From the human T2T-CHM13v2.0 reference genome, Homo sapiens, in the NCBI RefSeq assembly GCF_009914755.1, contig NC_060932.1: a stretch of DNA of 64,000 nucleotides. One strand, written 5' to 3'. Below the pieces are notes generated by a model. The model saw only the letters and a program-made list of their open reading frames with translations, did no database searches and was not told the DNA's origin. How positions within the stretch are numbered: the first letter of the stretch is position 1; each line of letters starts with the position of its first letter. This document shows positions 23,583 through 38,905 of this stretch, one piece after another. A program made the position numbers and the translations under genes.

Positions 23583-25398
23583 TGGGGACAGATTTTTCTG
23601 TGAGCCCCCCCAGGGCCCGTCGTTTTGGTTTGTGGGGACAGATTTTTCTGTGAGCCCCCCCAGGGCCCGTCGTTTTGGTTTGTGGGGACAGATTTTTCTG
23701 TGAGCCCCCCCAGGGCCCGTCGTTTTGGTTTGTGGGGACAGATTTTTCTGTGAGCCCCCCAGGGCCTGTCGTTTTGGTTTGTGGGGACAGATTTTTCTGT
23801 GAGCCCCCCCAGGGCCTGTCATTTTGGTTTGTGGGGACAGATTTTTCTGTGAGCCCCCCCAGGGCCCGTCGTTTTGGTTTGTGGGGACAGATTTTTCTGT
23901 GAGCCCCCCCAGGGCCTGTCATTTTGGTTTGTGGGGACAGATTTTTCTGTGAGCCCCCCCAGGGCCCGTCGTTTTGGTTTGTGGGGACAGATTTTTCTGT
24001 GAGCCCCCCAGGGCCTGTCGTTTTGGTTTGTGGGGACAGATTTTTCTGTGAGCCCCCCAGGGCCTGTCGTTTTGGTTTGTGGGGACAGATTTTTCTGTGA
24101 GCCCCCCCAGGGCCTGTCATTTTGGTTTGTGGGGACAGATTTTTCTGTGAGCCCCCCCAGGGCCCGTCGTTTTGGTTTGTGGGGACAGATTTTTCTGTGA
24201 GCCCCCCCAGGGCCTGTCATTTTGGTTTGTGGGGACAGATTTTTCTGTGAGCCCCCCCAGGGCCCGTCGTTTTGGTTTGTGGGGACAGATTTTTCTGTGA
24301 GCCCCCCAGGGCCTGTCGTTTTGGTTTGTGGGGACAGATTTTTCTGTGAGCCCCCCCAGGGCCTGTCATTTTGGTTTGTGGGGACAGATTTTTCTGTGAG
24401 CCCCCCAGGGCCCCTCGTTTTGGTTTGTGGGGACTGATTGTGAGCCCCCCAGGGTTTGTTTTCGTTTGTGGGGACAGATTTTTCTGTGAGCCCCCAGGGC
24501 CTGTCGTTTTGGTTTGTGGGGATTTTTCTGTGAGCCCCCCACGGCCCGTCATTTTGGTTTGTGGGGATTTTTCTGTGAGCCCCCAGGGCCCGTCATTTTG
24601 GTTTGTGGGGACAGATTTTTCTGTGAGCCCCCCCCAGGGCCCCTCGTTTTGGTTTGTGGGGATTTTTCTGTGAGCCCCCCAGGGCCCGTCATTTTGGTTT
24701 GTGGGGACAGATTTTTCTGTGAGCCCCCAGGGCCCGTCGTTTTGGTTTGTGGGGATTTTTCTGTGAGCCCCCCAGGGCCCGTCATTTTGGTTTGTGGGGA
24801 CAGATTTTTCTGTGAGCCCCCAGGGCCCGTCGTTTTGGTTTGTGGGGATTTTTCTGTGAGCCCCCAGGGCCCGTCATTTTGGTTTGTGGGGATTTTTCTG
24901 TGAGTCCCCCCAGGGCCCGTCATTTTGGTTTGTGGGGATTTTTCTGTGAGCCCCCAGGGCCCATCATTTTGGTTTGTGGGGACAGATTTTTCTGTGAGCC
25001 CCCAGGGCCCGTCATTTTGGTTTGTGGGGACAGATTTTTCTGTGAGTCCCCAGGGCCCATCGTTTTGGTTTGTGGGGATTTTTCTGTGAGCCCCCCAGGG
25101 CCTAATGTTTTGGTTTGTGGGGACAGATTTTTCTGTGAGCCCCCCAGGGCCTGTCGTTTTGGTTTGTGGGGACAGATTTTTCTGTGAGCCCCCCAGGGCC
25201 TGTCGTTTTGGTTTGTGGGGACAGATTTTTCTGTGAGCCCCCCCAGGGCCCCTCGTTTTGGTTTGTGGGGACTGATTGTGAGCCCCCCAGGGTTTGTTTT
25301 TGTTTGTGGGGACAGATTTTTCTGTGAGCCCCCAGGGCCCGTCGTTTTGGTTTGTGGGGATTTTTCTGTGAGCCTCCCAGGGCCCGTCGTTTTGGTTT
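23583..25398. repeat. ~50-bp minisatellite (44-51 bp variants), roughly 38 copies
   Basis: Unit TGGGGACAGATTTTTCTGTGAG(C)5-8AGGGCCYGTCRTTTTGGTTTG. Period 50 at 23583/23633. Later units lack ACAG. Confidence 0.98.
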
Positions 25399-26110
25399 CT
25401 CTGGAGCTGCGATTCAGCCCCATGTGAAGGTCTGGAGGCGATGGCCTGGCTCTCACTGGCTGACGTCCTGTTGGGGGAGTTAACCAGGTAACCAGGTTGG
25501 GCGTGTGGGAACTTTCCTCCCTTCCCGGTGGTGCCACGGATGCTACCCAAGTACTTGTGGGTCATATTCTAAGCCCAGATGCCACAAAGCCCAAGTCAGA
25601 GGGAAGAGCCATGCTCAGAACCGCCAGGGCCTGTCTCTAAGGCCCTTGCCTGAAACTGAGCTGCATGCTCTGGATCTCCATCGTCAGTTCTGTGAAGTTT
25701 GTCTTTCTGACTCCTCCAGGCCCGAAACAAATGTCTGAGGTCTATGTGAAAAGTCATTCTTTCAGAGAAGCTTCCGACTGCTGCGTGTGGAAAGTGTGCG
25801 TGTGACAGTGAGAATACCAGGTCCCTTTGTCAGCGTCGCTGAGACAGCTCCAGTCTCTCTGTGGTCTCACTCTTGACCTCGTCTCCTGTAAAAACACATG
25901 CAAGATGCAATCGTGGAAAATGATAAAGTTGTTGAGCTGTAGAAACCCAAATTATCTTCCCATTAGAGAGTCTGGGAGTTGGAGACTGTTATGAGTTCAG
26001 GGATGGGGTTGGGTGTTGGGAGTCCGGGGTCCTGGCTAAAGATTCTCCTCCCTCTGGGCCGCTCCAGATGACATGTTTCCTTCCCTCTCAGGCCCTGCAC
26101 TTCTGCTGCC

Positions 26111-26302
26111 AGATAGAGAGAGAGGAAGACAGAGAGGGGGAGAGGAAAGGAGACAGAGAGAGAGGGAGGGTGGGAGGGAAGGAGGGAGGTAGAGGGGGAG
26201 ATGGGGGGGCGGGAGGAACAGAGGCAGAGGGAGAGGAAGACAGATGGAGAAGAAGGGAGACAGAGACAGAGATGGGGAGAGAGAGAGGGAGAGAGAGAGA
26301 GA
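26111..26302. repeat. GA-rich polypurine tract
   Basis: ~190 nt almost purely A/G on the plus strand, including GGGAGGGTGGGAGGG. Confidence 0.92.
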
Positions 26303-26514
26303 GCACGCGCATACAGCATCAGCCCTCAGGGCCCCAGGACCATCGGCCGTTGGCTACCAAGCGCTGGCACAGCCGGGCTCGGGTCTTAGGGGACAGGTGC
26401 TGTGATCAGAGGCTGGTTTTTCTCAAAGTGTGCATGTGTGTCTGTGCATTTGTTTTTGGTGCAAAGGGCATCGCACTAATTAATGTGTACATTTGCTCAT
26501 CAGATGGTGATTTG

Positions 26515-26610
26515 CATGGCATGTGTTGCCAAGCCTTGTTCTAGATACTGGGATACATCAGCCAGCAAGACAGGCAGTGGCCCTTGCCCTTGTGAAATTG
26601 TGCAGTCGCT
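26515..26610 (-). mobile_element. L2 fragment
   Basis: TGCCAAGCCTTGTTCTAGATACTGGGATACA..CAAGACAG..TGCCCT is an antisense L2 motif. Confidence 0.5.
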
Positions 26611-27694
26611 GCGTGTGACTGTTACATGATTTTCATCTTTTTTAATTTTTAATTTTATTTGTCGAATTTACGTTTTTAGCTCAGTTTGCTGTGCAGGTGT
26701 TACAAACAATATTATGAAGATTTGCTCTTTCAGTTTTTCTTAGGAACTCTAAAATTTTACAGTTTGTATCTCCTCCTGTTACTTTAAATTTTCTTCTTTG
26801 GCTATCATTTCTTAAAAGCCTAATTTTCCCACGTTAGATTTAAGGGAAAAAAAAACATTCAGGGAGGCTTCATAGATGTGCCACTTTTAAGATAATAACA
26901 GATTTTGTTGGTTGCTGTTTTAACCATTATCCAGTTTCTTGTAGTTGCTGTTGACTTTTTTCTTCCAGTAATATTTGGAAAAAATGTGGCTAATTATTAA
27001 GAAAACTGAATAATCTCCCGTCAGTAACCCATGGGTGCTCTTTGCCCAAGGTTATCTAAAGAGGAGGCTCTTGCCCTCTCTCAGGTCATGGCACCTTAGC
27101 TACTCCGTACCAGGGCATCAGCCCTGTCCTTCCCCGGCCTCTTTGAGGTCTTGTTTGTCTTACAGCGTCTGAATTTATTTATATATTTTAAACAAATGCC
27201 TGCACCACATCCTTCTACCCTCCTGCTGCCTTCCTGAGTCATGGCTAATGGCCCAGTCCCCGTGCGAGATGCACCACCCCGTGCTTCCTTATTCCCGAGG
27301 CCCCGGCCTATAATTATCCTCTTCATTCAGGACCGACATCTCCTTGAAGATGTAACCAGGTTGATCATTTAATAATGCGCCATCTGATTTGACTTCTGAT
27401 GGCTCAAGCTCTTACCCTCTGTTCGTCTCCAGGAAGGAGTGGGCAGAGCCTTCACATTAGAATATTCTGTTTGATTTTTCTCCTCCTTTTCACTGTATAT
27501 ATTGCTCCATTTTGCTGACATTTTTATAGAAGGGCAGAACATTCATGAGAAATATCCCTGCAGGTTAATGGTGTTTATTTCTCCAATTATTTTATCCTTT
27601 CTAAGAATACGGAGTCTCCTGTCAATGCCGCATAAGCATGTCGTCTCTGTTTCCAAACTTGTCTGATTTAATCACCCCACATTGTGAACGTGTA

Positions 27695-27770
27695 TCTATC
27701 AAAAAACATCACAGTTTACCTCTCAATAAATTATACAATTATTATTTGTCAATTAAAATAAAATTTACAT
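27695..27770 (+). mobile_element. Short L1MA/L1PB-type 3' tail
   Basis: TATCAAAAAACATCACA...TATACAATTATTATTTGTCAATTAAAATAAAA. Confidence 0.55.
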
Positions 27771-27880
27771 ACAATAACAATGGTCTCTGGTAAATATAAG
27801 TATTGTTTCGTGGTTTTCTACATATGGATAATGATAATACTATATTTAAGTAGCTTATGAATTTTGAAAGAAAAAAACAC

Positions 27881-28147
<267 letters not shown>

Positions 28148-28719
28148 TTTATAAAAGCCTCCTGACGTACATGACCGAAAAAGTTAGAAGAAAAAAGCAC
28201 ATGCATGAAATTCACAAGCAAAGGCCCCCAAAGGTCTGACTCCATGAAATTTATCACAAACCCTCAACCACAGCAACTTCAAGAGCAGGAGAGAAGTAAT
28301 TGGCTTTCTCGAGTCCAGTACACACTGCAGGGCAGACCAGTGTACCTCACAGGGAGTTGCTAAGCAGGAAGAAAAAGGCAGAGAGGGGTGAGGCTGGCAG
28401 GGCAGAGGCTGTGTCCCCGGCTGCTAGGGAAGCAGAGTTTCAGGGTTTTATGCATGTCAAACCCATGGTGTTTCTACATGAATGACTGGAATTTCAGTGT
28501 TGCAGACCCAGGGGATCTTAGTCATGAACTGCACCCTAGTTTCCTTTAATCAGATGATCATAAGTGGCCCACATTGAGTTAATACTTAAAATTATATTGC
28601 ACATAATTTAACCTTGTTTTAATGTTTGTGAAAGTTAATTTCTTTAGGGTAGTAGGCACGCAATGGAATATTCTTGGTTTATGGAAATCTGGAACTTCTT
28701 AGGACATTGTTGGGCATCA

Positions 28720-28870
28720 GCATCCGTTCAGTTGACAAACATTTGTTGAACGTCTACAGTGTCTGACACTGAGGTACAAAGTCAAGTATAAAGTACCTGG
28801 TTGAGGTCCTAAACCAACGTTCAGTAGAGGGATGTAGACAGACACGTTAGCAAGTACTTAACCTGACTCC
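28720..28870 (-). mobile_element. L2 fragment (probably continues at ~35030-35165, split by the L1)
   Basis: ACAAACATTTGTTGAACGTCTACAGTGTC is an antisense L2 tail. TTGAAGGGTGAGTTAGGAATT after the L1 is another L2 motif. Confidence 0.45.
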
Positions 28871-29085
28871 ATTTTTTTTTATTATACTTTAAGTTTTAGG
28901 GTACATGTGCACAATGTGTAGGCTAGTTACATATGTATACATGTGCCATGCTGGTGTGCTGCACCCATTAACTCGTCATCTAGCATTAGGTATATCTCCC
29001 ATTGCTATCCCTCCCCCCTCCCCCCACCCCACAACAGTCCCCAGAGTGTGATGTTCCCCTTCCTGTGTCCACGTGTTCTCATTGT

Positions 29086-32911
<3,826 letters not shown>

Positions 32912-32974
32912 TATGATGTTAGCTGTTTATTTTGCTCGTTAGTTGATGCAGTTTCTTCCTAGTCTGGATGGTCT

Positions 32975-33988
32975 TTACATTTTGGCATGATTTTGCAGTG
33001 GCTCGTACCGGTTGTTCCTTTTCATGTTTAGTGCTTCCTTCAGGAGCTCTTTTAGGGCAGGCCTGGTGGTGACAAAATCTCTCAGCATTTGCTTGTCTGT
33101 AAAGTATTTTATTTCTCCTTCACTTATGAAGCTTAGTTTGGCTGGATATGAAATTCTGGGTTGAAAATTCTTTTCTTTAAGAATGTTGAATATTGGCCCC
33201 CACTCTCTTCTGGCTTGTAGAGTTTCTGCCTAGAGATCAGCTGTTAGTCTGATGGGCTTCCCTTTGTGGGTAACCCGACCTTTCTCTCTGGCTCTCCTTA
33301 ACATTTTTTCCTTCATTTCCACTTTGGTGAATCTGACAATTATGTGTCTTGGAGTTGCTCTTCTCGAGGAGTAGCTTTGTGGCGTTCTCTGTATTTCCTG
33401 AATGTGAACGTTGGCCTGCCTTGCTAGATTGGGGAAGTTCTCCTGGATAATATCCTGCAGAGTGTTTTCCAACTTGGTTCTGTTCTCCCTGTCACTTTCA
33501 GGTGCACCAATCAGACGTAGATTTGGTCTTTTCACATAGTCCCATATTTCTTGGAGGCTTTGTTCGTTTCTTTTTATTCTTTTTTCTCTAAACTTCCCTT
33601 CTCACTTCATTTCATTCATTTCATCTTCCATCGCTGATACCCTTTCTTGCAGTTGATCACATCGGCTCCTGGGGCTTCTGCATTCTTCACATAGTTCCCG
33701 AGCCTTGGCTTTCAGCTCCATCAGCTCCTTTAAGCACTTCTCTGTATTGGTTATTCTAGTTATACATTCTTCTAAATTTTTTTCAAAGTTTTTAACTTCT
33801 TTGCCTATGGTTTGAATTTCCTCCTGTAGCTCGTAGTTTGATCGTCTGAACCCTTCTTCTCTCATCTCGTCAAAGTCATTCTCCGTCCAGCTTTGTTCGA
33901 TTGCTGGTGAGGAACTGTGATGCTTTGGAGGAGGAGAGGTGCTCTGCTTTTTAGAGTTTCCATTTTTTCTGCTCTGTTTTTTCCCCAT
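32975..33988 (-). pseudogene. L1 ORF1 (RNA-binding protein), disrupted
   Basis: MGKKQSRK.. coiled-coil fragment stops after 128 aa. RRM fragment KRPNLRLIG...RLTADL lies at 33230-33535. Confidence 0.95.
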
Positions 33989-35015
33989 CTTTGTGGTTTT
34001 ATCTACTTTTGGTCTTTGATGATGGTGATGTACGGATGGGTTTTTGGTGTGGTTGTCCTTTCTGTTTGTTAGTTTTCCTTCTAAGAGACAGGACCCTCAG
34101 CTGCAGGTCTGTTGGAGTTTGCTAGAGGTCCACTCCAGACCCAGTTTGCCTGGGTATCGGCAGCGGTGTCCGCAGAACAGTGGTTTTTCGTGAACCGCGA
34201 ATGCTGCTGCCTGATCGTTCTTCTGGAAGTTTTGTCTCAGAGGAGTACCCGGCCATGTGAGGTGTCAGTCTGCCCCTACTGGGGGGTGCCTCCAGTTAGG
34301 CTGCTCAGGGGTCAGGGGTCAGAGACCCACTTGAGGAGGCAGTCTGCCCGTTCTCAGATCTCCAGCTGTGTGCTAGGAGAACCACTGCTCTCTTCAAAGC
34401 TGTCAGACAGGGACATTTAAGTCTGCAGAGGCTACTGCTGTCTTTTTGTTTGTCTGTGCCCTGCCCCCAGAGGTGTAGCCTACAGAGGCAGGCAGGCCTC
34501 CTTGAGCTGTGGTGGGCTTCACCCAGTTGGAGCTTCCCGGTTGCTTTGTTTACCTAAGCAAGCCTGGGCAATGGTGGGCGCCCCTCCCCCAGCCTCCCTG
34601 CCGCCTAGTTTGATCTCAGACTGCTGTGCTAGCAATCAGCAAGACGTTGTGGGCGTAGGACCCTCTGAGCCAGGTGCAGGATATAATCTCCTGGTGCGCC
34701 ATTTTTTAAGCCCATCGGAAAAAGCACAGTATTTGGGTAGGAGTGACCCGATTTTCCAGGTGCCGTCTGTCACCCCTTTCTTTGACTAGGAAAGGGAACT
34801 CTCTTACCCATTGCGCTTCCTGAGTGAGGCAATGCGTCGCCCTGCTTCGGCTCCCGCACGGTGCACGCACCCACTGACCTGCGCCCACCTCTGGCCCTCC
34901 CTAGTGAGATGAACCTGGTACCTCAGATGGAAATGCAGAAATCACCGTCTTCTGTGTCGCTCACGCTGGGAGCTGTAGACTGGAGCTATTCCTATTTGGC
35001 CATCTTGGCTCCTCC
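33989..35015 (-). promoter_or_regulatory. L1 5' UTR (sense promoter on minus strand, antisense promoter firing on plus strand)
   Basis: YY1 site GGCCATCTT intact at 34998-35006. Position upstream of ORF1. Many CpGs have decayed. Confidence 0.85.
34571..34789 (+). CDS. L1 ORF0 homologue (72 codons open; C-terminus frameshifted relative to L1HS ORF0)
   Basis: ATG at 34571 gives MVGAPPPASLPPSLISDCCASNQQDVVGVGPSEPGAGYNLLVRHFLSPSEK.., matching the primate ORF0 N-terminus. Expression unknown. Confidence 0.6.
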   Translation: MVGAPPPASLPPSLISDCCASNQQDVVGVGPSEPGAGYNLLVRHFLSPSEKAQYLGRSDPIFQVPSVTPFFD

Positions 35016-35244
35016 GCTTGATCCCATTGTTCATGACACAGCTATGCCTGGGCTGTTGTAGGGGTCATGGGAGCAGTGTTAAACAGTGACAGAGGGCTCA
35101 GGGGTTAGGGGAGATCTAAGTCGGGCTGGAACTGGGTATTGAAGGGTGAGTTAGGAATTAGGTACATTTTCCAGGATTCTAAGGAAGAAGGAAAAACAGA
35201 AAAATTGCTATTCTGCAGGGAATGTGATAAGTCTACCCACATAC

Positions 35245-35805
35245 CCATCACCACCATCACCACCATCATCACCACCATCATCACCACCGTCATTACCATT
35301 ACCAAAATCATTATCATCATTACCATTACCACCGTCATTACCATCACCAAAATCATTATCATTACCATTACCACCATCATCATTACCATCACCAAAATCA
35401 TTATCATTACCATTACCACCATCATTGCCATCACCAAAATCATTATCGTCATCATTACCATTACCATCATCATCATCATTACCATCATCAAAGTCATTAT
35501 CACCATCACCAAAATCATTATCATCATTACCATCACCAAAGTCATTATTACCATCACCACCACCATTACCATCATTGTCGTCATCATCATTACATCACCA
35601 AAATCATTATTACTGCCACCATCATCATCGTCGTCTTTACCATCATTGTCATCATCACCATCACCACCATCATCATTACCATCACCACCACTATCACCAT
35701 CACCACCATCATTACCATGACCAAAATCATTATCATCATTACTATCACTATCATCATTGTCATCATCACCACCATCATTATCACTACCTCCATCATTACC
35801 ATCAT
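35245..35805. repeat. (CAT/CAC/TAT) trinucleotide-based low-complexity repeat with a 42-45-bp higher-order unit
   Basis: Nearly G-free plus strand. ACCAAAATCATTAT recurs at 35301, 35346, 35391, 35433, 35508, 35597 and 35720. Confidence 0.95.
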
Positions 35806-37018
35806 CTAGACTATAGCAGCTGAGTTCTGTTTATCTATGTTTACAAAATCCTAAGTGAGTGAGGGAAAGAAGGTGAGACAGGCAGGAGGCAGCTCTGAGA
35901 GAACTTATGTTGTTCATCACCCTTCTTATGATGATAAGAAAATTAATTCCCCTTTCTAGTTTCCCCCAAGAATGAAAATTAGATATTTCCCTATAAAAGT
36001 AGTCAGATGACAGGAGAGAGTTTGGATAGAACTCAAAACTAAATTTAGTTTTCCAATAAAATTATTCTAGGATTCCCCTTCCCACACTTTTTTGCTACCT
36101 TCTGTCTTCAGATCTGGAAGAATCTATTTTGTTAAATGTTAAAATTTATCTGATGACATTTCTGCTATGGCCATAAAATTACTAACTAGTAACCCGCAGT
36201 GAGCACAGAAATGTCTTCACATGCTTGATTTTAAAAAAAAAACCTAAGAAGTGTGTTAAATTTAGCCCAATAGTGCATTTCATGGGGAAGATCAATACAT
36301 GTACGTGTGGGCTTAGTTTTCTGTGAATCTCTGTAGCACATCTAATCTAAAAGAGTCCAGAAGAATATCATTAGCTGTAAAAATTACATTACCATCATAG
36401 TTGTGACTAAAATAGCCTTCATTTATAAAAAGGAAACTATTATAAAAGCATAATTTGATCACTAATATATGTACTTGGGCTAATAAAAGTTGTTTATCAT
36501 GTTTCATTGAGGCTGTCAGTGGAAGGGAGAACATTGTGTTCTAGCTCTATATGCGACTCCATTAGGACAGTAGGAACATGACTAAATGCCAGTCTGTCTC
36601 TGAGAAATTTGGAGGGTGTTGGAATAAATACATCCCTTGTGTTTTGCCATGGCTTGGTTTTGTCAAACTTTTAGGGGTTAGATATCAGCACCTTTAAGAG
36701 CTCAATTCTTGACCTGCTCTGTGTGAATGAATAACTAGATCTTTGTCATTCACCCTATACCTCATCGGGAAAGTAAATCTTAATACTTATTTGTGCATGT
36801 AGTATAGAGGAAGCCACTCGGCATTGGATTTACACAAACCTAGATTAAAACCCTGTGCCCGTTGTTTATTATCCACATAGCCATGGGGAGGTCGCATCCT
36901 GCCTCTCGGCTTTGCCATCTGCAAAGTGAGGACAAAGCGATTCGCAGATGTGGGAGCTGGCACAGGGCCTATGTCATACCATCCGCCCGATAAATATTGA
37001 CTGGTCCATCTTCCCAGA

Positions 37019-37379
37019 TGGATAAGCCCATTCATACACTGCATAAAAATACTACCTGAAACTGGGTAATTTATAAACAAAAGAGGTTTAACTGACTCAC
37101 AGTTCCACATGGCTGGAGAGGCCTCAGGAAACTTACAATTGTGGTGGAAGATGAAGGGGAAGCAAGGCACGCGTTACATGGCGGTAGGTGAGAGACAGTG
37201 TGGGAAATGCTGCCACTTTCAAACCATCAGACCTCGTGAGAATTCCCTCACTACCACAAGAATAGCATGGGGAAAGCCGTCCCTGTGATGCAGACACTTT
37301 CCTCAGGTTCCTCGCTCCACACATGGGGATTACAGTTCGAGGTGAGATTTGGGTGGGGACACAGAACCAAACCATATCA
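37019..37379 (-). mobile_element. THE1 (THE1D-like) MaLR solo LTR
   Basis: ACTGGGTAATTTATAAA..AGAGGTTTAA..GACTCACAGTTCCACATGGCTGG, ending GGGGACACAG..CCAAACCATATCA. 5-bp TSD CCAGA. Confidence 0.92.
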
Positions 37380-38596
37380 CCAGAGTTTCTGTGAGCTCCG
37401 TTAGATCTACACTTTGGGTGTTTGTTCTGAGTATTTACATGAGATGTAGAACGATGAATGTAGTCACGAGCATTACAGCCAGAAGGAACTACACTTGGAG
37501 ATCCTGCCCTCACAGCCGCCCTGTGAATTTAACTGGTTTATTGACGTTGTTCATGCTCAGGTCCCACCCATCTCAATCCAGTGCCCCTGTCGTGTTTCCT
37601 TGTGGGGTTGACGGGGAAGAAGTTGGAGGCTGGGCGAGAGGGCAGGAAGGTGAAGGTCACCAGGGAGGCAGCCCAGGGCTCCGTCTGCCATGGTGCCTGT
37701 TGTGCACTCAGGTGCAGCCCCGTCTGCTGGTCCAGAAGAGATGGTCACTGGGTCCCTGTGGAAAGAGGTCTCGGTTGGAGGCAGGCCTGGTGGTCACATT
37801 CTCTCAACACACCCTCTGGCTTCTTTCCACCCTCTCATGGAGTAGCAGAGAGAGCCAAGGACTAGATATGTCACCAACTCAGACAGGACCTGCCTTTCAT
37901 GCCATGGCAGCAAAGCAGCACAATTCTGGGAACTGAGCAAGCAAGTCACGGTTCACACAAGCGGTGGCCAGGCTCTGGAAACTGGGAAAAGTCAGTCCTT
38001 GAGATCATCGTTGATGTCGCATTAACACTTCAAAAAATTATACTTTCTTTGGCATATTATAACAATATAGTCAACATGGTCTAACCTGTTATACGTGGTC
38101 TAAAAGTCCCAGCCTTCGAGTGGACGCACGCACGCCCAGCACCCCATGAATGAAGAACTTTGCTGGGGCCCTTACATCTTTTCTTGCAGTTCAGCTATGC
38201 GGTTTGTCTTGTGTCCTGTGATTGTGCTTTATTTTAGATCCCTTGCCATTGCCCATATTTATTTATCTTTTCTCCGTATGTTCTTGGAGTATTTTTTGCT
38301 CAGGAGAGGCATTATATCATAAGCCTGGCTGTTTTATCAGGTTTACCAGATCGAAAAATGTGTGGTCTCCTGGCCCGAGTTCTGCCATCTGTTGTCAGGA
38401 GGCCTCCTGACTTTCCCACCATCTTTGGGCACACCGGAGCAGATGCACGAGACCCGATTCTGAATGCATGGTGTTGATGTCAGATATTAGCACCATTGTT
38501 CTGGCTTGCGATTGTGTTGCTTCATTTGTTTGTGTCTTTACTCTTAGATGACTTTTATTTCATTACATTTCAACCTCAGAGAAAATAGGCAAAGCC

Positions 38597-38905
38597 TGTC
38601 TTAGTCCATTTGGGCAGCTGTCACAAATACCCCACACTAGGTCATTTATAAATAATAGAAGTTTATTTCTCACAGTTCTAGAGGCTGGAAGTCTGAGATT
38701 GAGATGCCAGCAGGTTCGATGTCTGGTGAGGGCTGCTTCCTGGTGTGTAGACCACACCTGCTGTGCCCTCAGAGGGTACAAGGGGTGAGGGAGCTCTCCA
38801 GGGCCTCTTACCTCATCATCTCCCAAGGGCCCCACCTCATAATACCACCACTGTGGGGGCTCCCTTTCAGCATATGAATTTCAGGGAGATGCATTCCGGC
38901 CAGCA
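38597..38905 (-). mobile_element. MLT1A-like MaLR solo LTR
   Basis: TGTCTTAGTCCATTTGGG...TTTATTTCTCACAGTTCTAGAGGCTGGAAGTC...CA. 5-bp TSD AAGCC. Confidence 0.88.

Noticed and set aside
23481-25565. Long ORFs (up to 338 aa) across the 50-bp VNTR
   Set aside because: Periodic translations of a tandem repeat in several frames and on both strands, with frames switching at C-run length changes.
35105-35823. Stand-alone low-complexity CDS (Ile/Thr, Pro/Ser/His, Met/Val)
   Set aside because: Stop-poor by composition with no independent gene structure. Retained only as hypothetical ORF0 splice partners.
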